A stretch of 64,000 bases of DNA from NCBI GenBank assembly GCA_964549935.1, contig CAZJVT010000003.1:159501-223500 (forward strand), read 5' to 3'. The position numbers were made by a program, and so were the translations under genes. The first letter of the stretch is position 1; each line of letters opens with the position of its first letter. Shown here piece after piece: positions 61,583-64,000 of this stretch. Source of the DNA: an uncultured Candidatus Saccharibacteria bacterium. Lineage in GTDB: Bacteria; Patescibacteriota; Minisyncoccia; UBA6257; 1-14-0-10-44-23. The notes below the pieces were generated by a model that was not told the DNA's origin, did not search any database, and was given only the letters and a program-made list of their open reading frames with translations.

Positions 61583-62644
61583 TCAGGTGAGCGCCGGGCC
61601 GGCGTAGGCGGGGACCCTGGCCTTGCCCGCATCTTCGGATGCGGGTCCCGGCGATGCCGTGTCGGGCTCGGCGTCGGGCGCCGGCACCTGGCGCAGGCCC
61701 TCGGCTTCCGTCTCGTCGAGCCCGATGTCAGAGGTTCCGGCGGCGGGAGGAACCTTGGGTTCGGGTCCGCGCGGAGCGACAAGGGGCGAGGCCGGCATCG
61801 TCCGGAAGGAGATTGACCTGGTGCCTTCCGGGGCGGCGGTCGCGTCGGCTGCCGGAGCGGAGGGTTTCTGGACGGACGGCGGCGGCGGGATCTCCAGGGT
61901 CCGATCGACCTTGGAAGCGGCGCCCTCCGGCGCGGGCTCCACAACGCGCTCGCCGGGCAGGTCGATGAGCGGAGCTTCGCGCGCCCTGGCCTTTTCCCTG
62001 CTCAGGCGGCTGACTTCCGCGGTGTCCTTCGGCGTCGGCTCGTATCCGGTCGTCTGGATGCCCGCCTGCTGGAGGGCGATCCATGCCTTCCGGCGGAACT
62101 CGTCGGTCCCATCCAGCTTCACGGCTTCCCAGTCATGGGCCTGAACCATGGCCAGCATCACCTCGATCGCCTCGTCGGTGGCTTTCGAGACGTCGATGCG
62201 GCTGGCGAAGTCGTCGACATTCGCACCGTCCCGGGTGCTGATGCGTCGCATGTCGAGATCGATCGACGACACCATGGAGAAGAGATCGGAATCGATGCCG
62301 GAGCCGGGGAAGAGCTTCGACCACTTGGCCTTGATGACCTCCTCCTCGTCTCCCGGCACCCGCTGCTTCTTCCGGAAGATGCGAAACCTGTGCGCGAGAC
62401 GGGTCAGCAGCCCGTCGTCCGGATCGGCGGAAGCGACCCTGGCCGGCCTGCGGGGCTCCTCCATCCGATCGAAGACGGTCGCCGCGGCCTGGTCGCCGGC
62501 GTCGGCGTCGTCGATGTTCTTTCGGTCTTCGGGATCGCCGGCGGCCTTGGAAGCGATCGGCGGGGCGGCGCGGCCGCCAAGGTCTTCTCCGGCAGGCGAG
62601 GGCTTCGCCTCGAGGCCGACTGGGGTAATTGTGCCGACCGGCAT
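61583..62644 (-). CDS. Hypothetical protein with LPD7-like (relaxase/primase-associated) central domain; Pro/Ala-rich termini
   Basis: DWEAVKLDGTDEFRRKAWIALQQAGIQTTGYEPTPKD resembles the LPD7 GY-P motif region; tentative. Confidence 0.45.
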   Translation of the reverse strand: MPVGTITPVGLEAKPSPAGEDLGGRAAPPIASKAAGDPEDRKNIDDADAGDQAAATVFDRMEEPRRPARVASADPDDGLLTRLAHRFRIFRKKQRVPGDEEEVIKAKWSKLFPGSGIDSDLFSMVSSIDLDMRRISTRDGANVDDFASRIDVSKATDEAIEVMLAMVQAHDWEAVKLDGTDEFRRKAWIALQQAGIQTTGYEPTPKDTAEVSRLSREKARAREAPLIDLPGERVVEPAPEGAASKVDRTLEIPPPPSVQKPSAPAADATAAPEGTRSISFRTMPASPLVAPRGPEPKVPPAAGTSDIGLDETEAEGLRQVPAPDAEPDTASPGPASEDAGKARVPAYAGPALT

Positions 62645-62728
62645 TTATCTACCTTTCATAAGAAGCCGACACGATATTATAGGATGATGCCCAGGAAGCG
62701 GGAAGCCCGATCTGGCCGCATTCGCGAA

Positions 62729-62743
62729 TATCGCATAATGCGA
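62729..62743. promoter_or_regulatory. Perfect 15-bp palindrome ATCGCATAATGCGAT (plus TTCGCGAA at 62720-62727) in the divergent promoter region 62645-62846
   Basis: Read directly. Confidence 0.35.
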
Positions 62744-62846
62744 TTTATGGAAAATTTCCCGCAGGAGACGGTTTGCGGATCGTCTTGGCGGCAGGAGCGC
62801 TGAAGGAAGTTGCCGGCCCGATTATTTATCGTGCATACTATAGCTT

Positions 62847-63368
62847 ATGCTGATGAAAGCCGCCCGCGACGCCTCCGAACCCCAGACGCTGCCGGTCCTG
62901 TCGGCCGGCGTGAGGGCCCTGATCGATCGCCGCGGCGTCACGTTCGCTTCCGGGACGCTGATCCTCACGAGCCAGGAAGTGGGCGATCCGTTGGGCCTTC
63001 TTCCCTACCTGATGCTCGATGCCGCGAAGATCTGGTCCGAAGCCACGGGTACGCGGCTCGGCGTCCGCGTCTTCGAGGATCCGGAAGCAGGCTTCAACCT
63101 CCGATGCGGCGAACCGCTCTGCCCGGCGACGATCGCGTTGCTCGCCCTCGACATGTCCATCGAGGAAGCGATCGCGGTGCAGGGCTTCGAGAACGCGATG
63201 TTCGCGGCCGGTCATGCAGAAGCGGCCAGCCCGCATCGAAGGATCATCCGCTACGGCAGCCGTCTTGCCTCATGGGCTCGCGCCGTGCATCGCGCCCGGA
63301 CGCTTCGGCTCGAGGCGGACGTTGCCGCCGCCGAGATGGGCCGGCGCGGTTCCTCCGGAGAAACCTGA
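62847..63368 (+). CDS. Hypothetical protein (173 aa), first gene of + strand transfer-like operon
   Basis: ORF track. Confidence 0.5.
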   Translation: MLMKAARDASEPQTLPVLSAGVRALIDRRGVTFASGTLILTSQEVGDPLGLLPYLMLDAAKIWSEATGTRLGVRVFEDPEAGFNLRCGEPLCPATIALLALDMSIEEAIAVQGFENAMFAAGHAEAASPHRRIIRYGSRLASWARAVHRARTLRLEADVAAAEMGRRGSSGET

Positions 63369-63877
63369 TGGGTTACGTGCTCTCCGCCCTCGCCGCCGCC
63401 TGTGCGTCCGCAGCGGCGAACCTCTACCAGCTGCCGCAGCCGATCCTGCCGATCCTCCTCGATCTCGAGGGCGGCACCGTCGGCGCCGTCTCCCGCAACA
63501 CGAACGGTACCGTCGACATCGGCCCGATGCAGGTCAACTCGCACTGGGTCCCGAAGCTCGCGAGGCGTTACGGCGTCGCTCCAGATGTCGTCTATTCGAA
63601 GCTCCTCAACGACGAGTGCTACAACATCCATGTCGGCGCCTGGATACTGAAGACCGAGATCGAGCTCGCCCAGGGCGATTTCTGGGAGGGTGTCGGCCAC
63701 TACCACTCCCGCTCACCGGTCCATAAGCGCCGCTACATGCAGAATGCGGTCAGGGCCGCGGTAAAGAGGTTCGGGGACGGGATCTTCCAGTCGACCCGTC
63801 CGGTGCGGACGGCGATGGCCGATGCTCCGCCCGGTCCCGCTGTGCCGCAGGCCGCCTCGCCCGCGAGGAGCCGCTGA
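63368..63877 (+). CDS. VirB1/TrbN-like lytic transglycosylase (SLT domain)
   Basis: GPMQVNSHW and HYHS motifs. ATG overlaps the upstream TGA. Confidence 0.8.
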   Translation: MGYVLSALAAACASAAANLYQLPQPILPILLDLEGGTVGAVSRNTNGTVDIGPMQVNSHWVPKLARRYGVAPDVVYSKLLNDECYNIHVGAWILKTEIELAQGDFWEGVGHYHSRSPVHKRRYMQNAVRAAVKRFGDGIFQSTRPVRTAMADAPPGPAVPQAASPARSR

Positions 63878-64000
63878 TGTCGGGCTCGCAGAAGGGCCAG
63901 GGCCAAGGAGGCGAAGATCCGCTCTTCTACATGGCGCTGTTCGGAATTCTTGCCGTCGTCGTTTCCCTCCTCGTCTGGAAATACGAAAGCAGCGTCCACT
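63877..64000 (+). CDS. Membrane protein, 5' part only (MSGSQKGQGQGGEDPLFYMALFGILAVVVSLLVWKYE...). Likely next T4SS component (VirB2/VirB3/TrbC-like).
   Basis: ATG overlaps the upstream TGA; hydrophobic helix; runs off the window. Confidence 0.4.
   Translation, partial: MSGSQKGQGQGGEDPLFYMALFGILAVVVSLLVWKYESSVH

Noticed and set aside
1-64000. rRNA, tRNA, CRISPR arrays, IS elements/transposases, reverse transcriptases
   Set aside because: No cloverleaf-like or repeat-spacer structure and no DDE or RT motifs were found in any frame on manual reading. A tRNA scan would be needed to exclude tRNAs formally, for example in the 13152-13353 and 24204-24291 non-coding regions.

Overview
By eye the sequence is GC-rich throughout (roughly two-thirds G+C; not computed), with alphaproteobacterial-style codon usage and frequent ATGA/GTGA start-stop overlaps. 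The gene content reads like a large conjugative plasmid or ICE, not core chromosome. Calls and starts are based on manual reading of both strands and should be treated as approximate where noted.

Main contents, in order:
- 3.3-4.5 kb: a ParA/ParG-like partition module beside an array of ATGGCGCGCCAT repeats and DnaA boxes.
- 8.5-9.6 kb: a tyrosine recombinase.
- 14.9-19.5 kb: a ~4.4 kb cassette bounded by ~55-bp direct repeats derived from the 3' end of an HNH gene. It carries a secreted Cys protein, a SOS-response-associated peptidase (SRAP/YedK), a AAA ATPase and hipB1-hipA1.
- 19.5-21.3 kb: a second hipB2-hipA2 pair.
- 21.5-21.9 kb: an orphan umuD with a perfect GTTC-N7-GTTC LexA box.
- 25.9-37.5 kb: a 13-gene type IVb-like pilus operon (R64 thin-pilus / Bfp / Tcp type). 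It contains a lipoprotein secretin, a GspE/PilB ATPase, a GspF/PilC platform, a long-leader major pilin, two minor pilins, a catalytically complete dUTPase and a 756-aa pilin-like putative tip adhesin.
- 37.7-40.4 kb: two paralogous secreted proteins sharing an unusual N-terminal motif; two further small secreted proteins of unknown function lie between them.
- 40.4-50.9 kb: a DNA-processing set: a Topo IA-like Toprim protein, a 975-aa RecD2-like helicase, a DsbC/TrbB-like protein, a WGR-ATP-dependent DNA ligase, RecJ and a standalone WGR protein.
- 51.0-54.9 kb: a MarR regulator, a multi-PAS histidine kinase and a CheY-like receiver.
- 57.2-62.6 kb: a minus-strand operon encoding an LPD7-like protein, a short prepilin peptidase (GGGDAKM motif), a Gly-rich secreted protein, DnaQ and a pentapeptide-repeat protein.
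- 63.4-64.0 kb: the start of a VirB/Trb-like T4SS (VirB1/TrbN lytic transglycosylase).

No rRNA, tRNA, CRISPR array or transposase was recognised.
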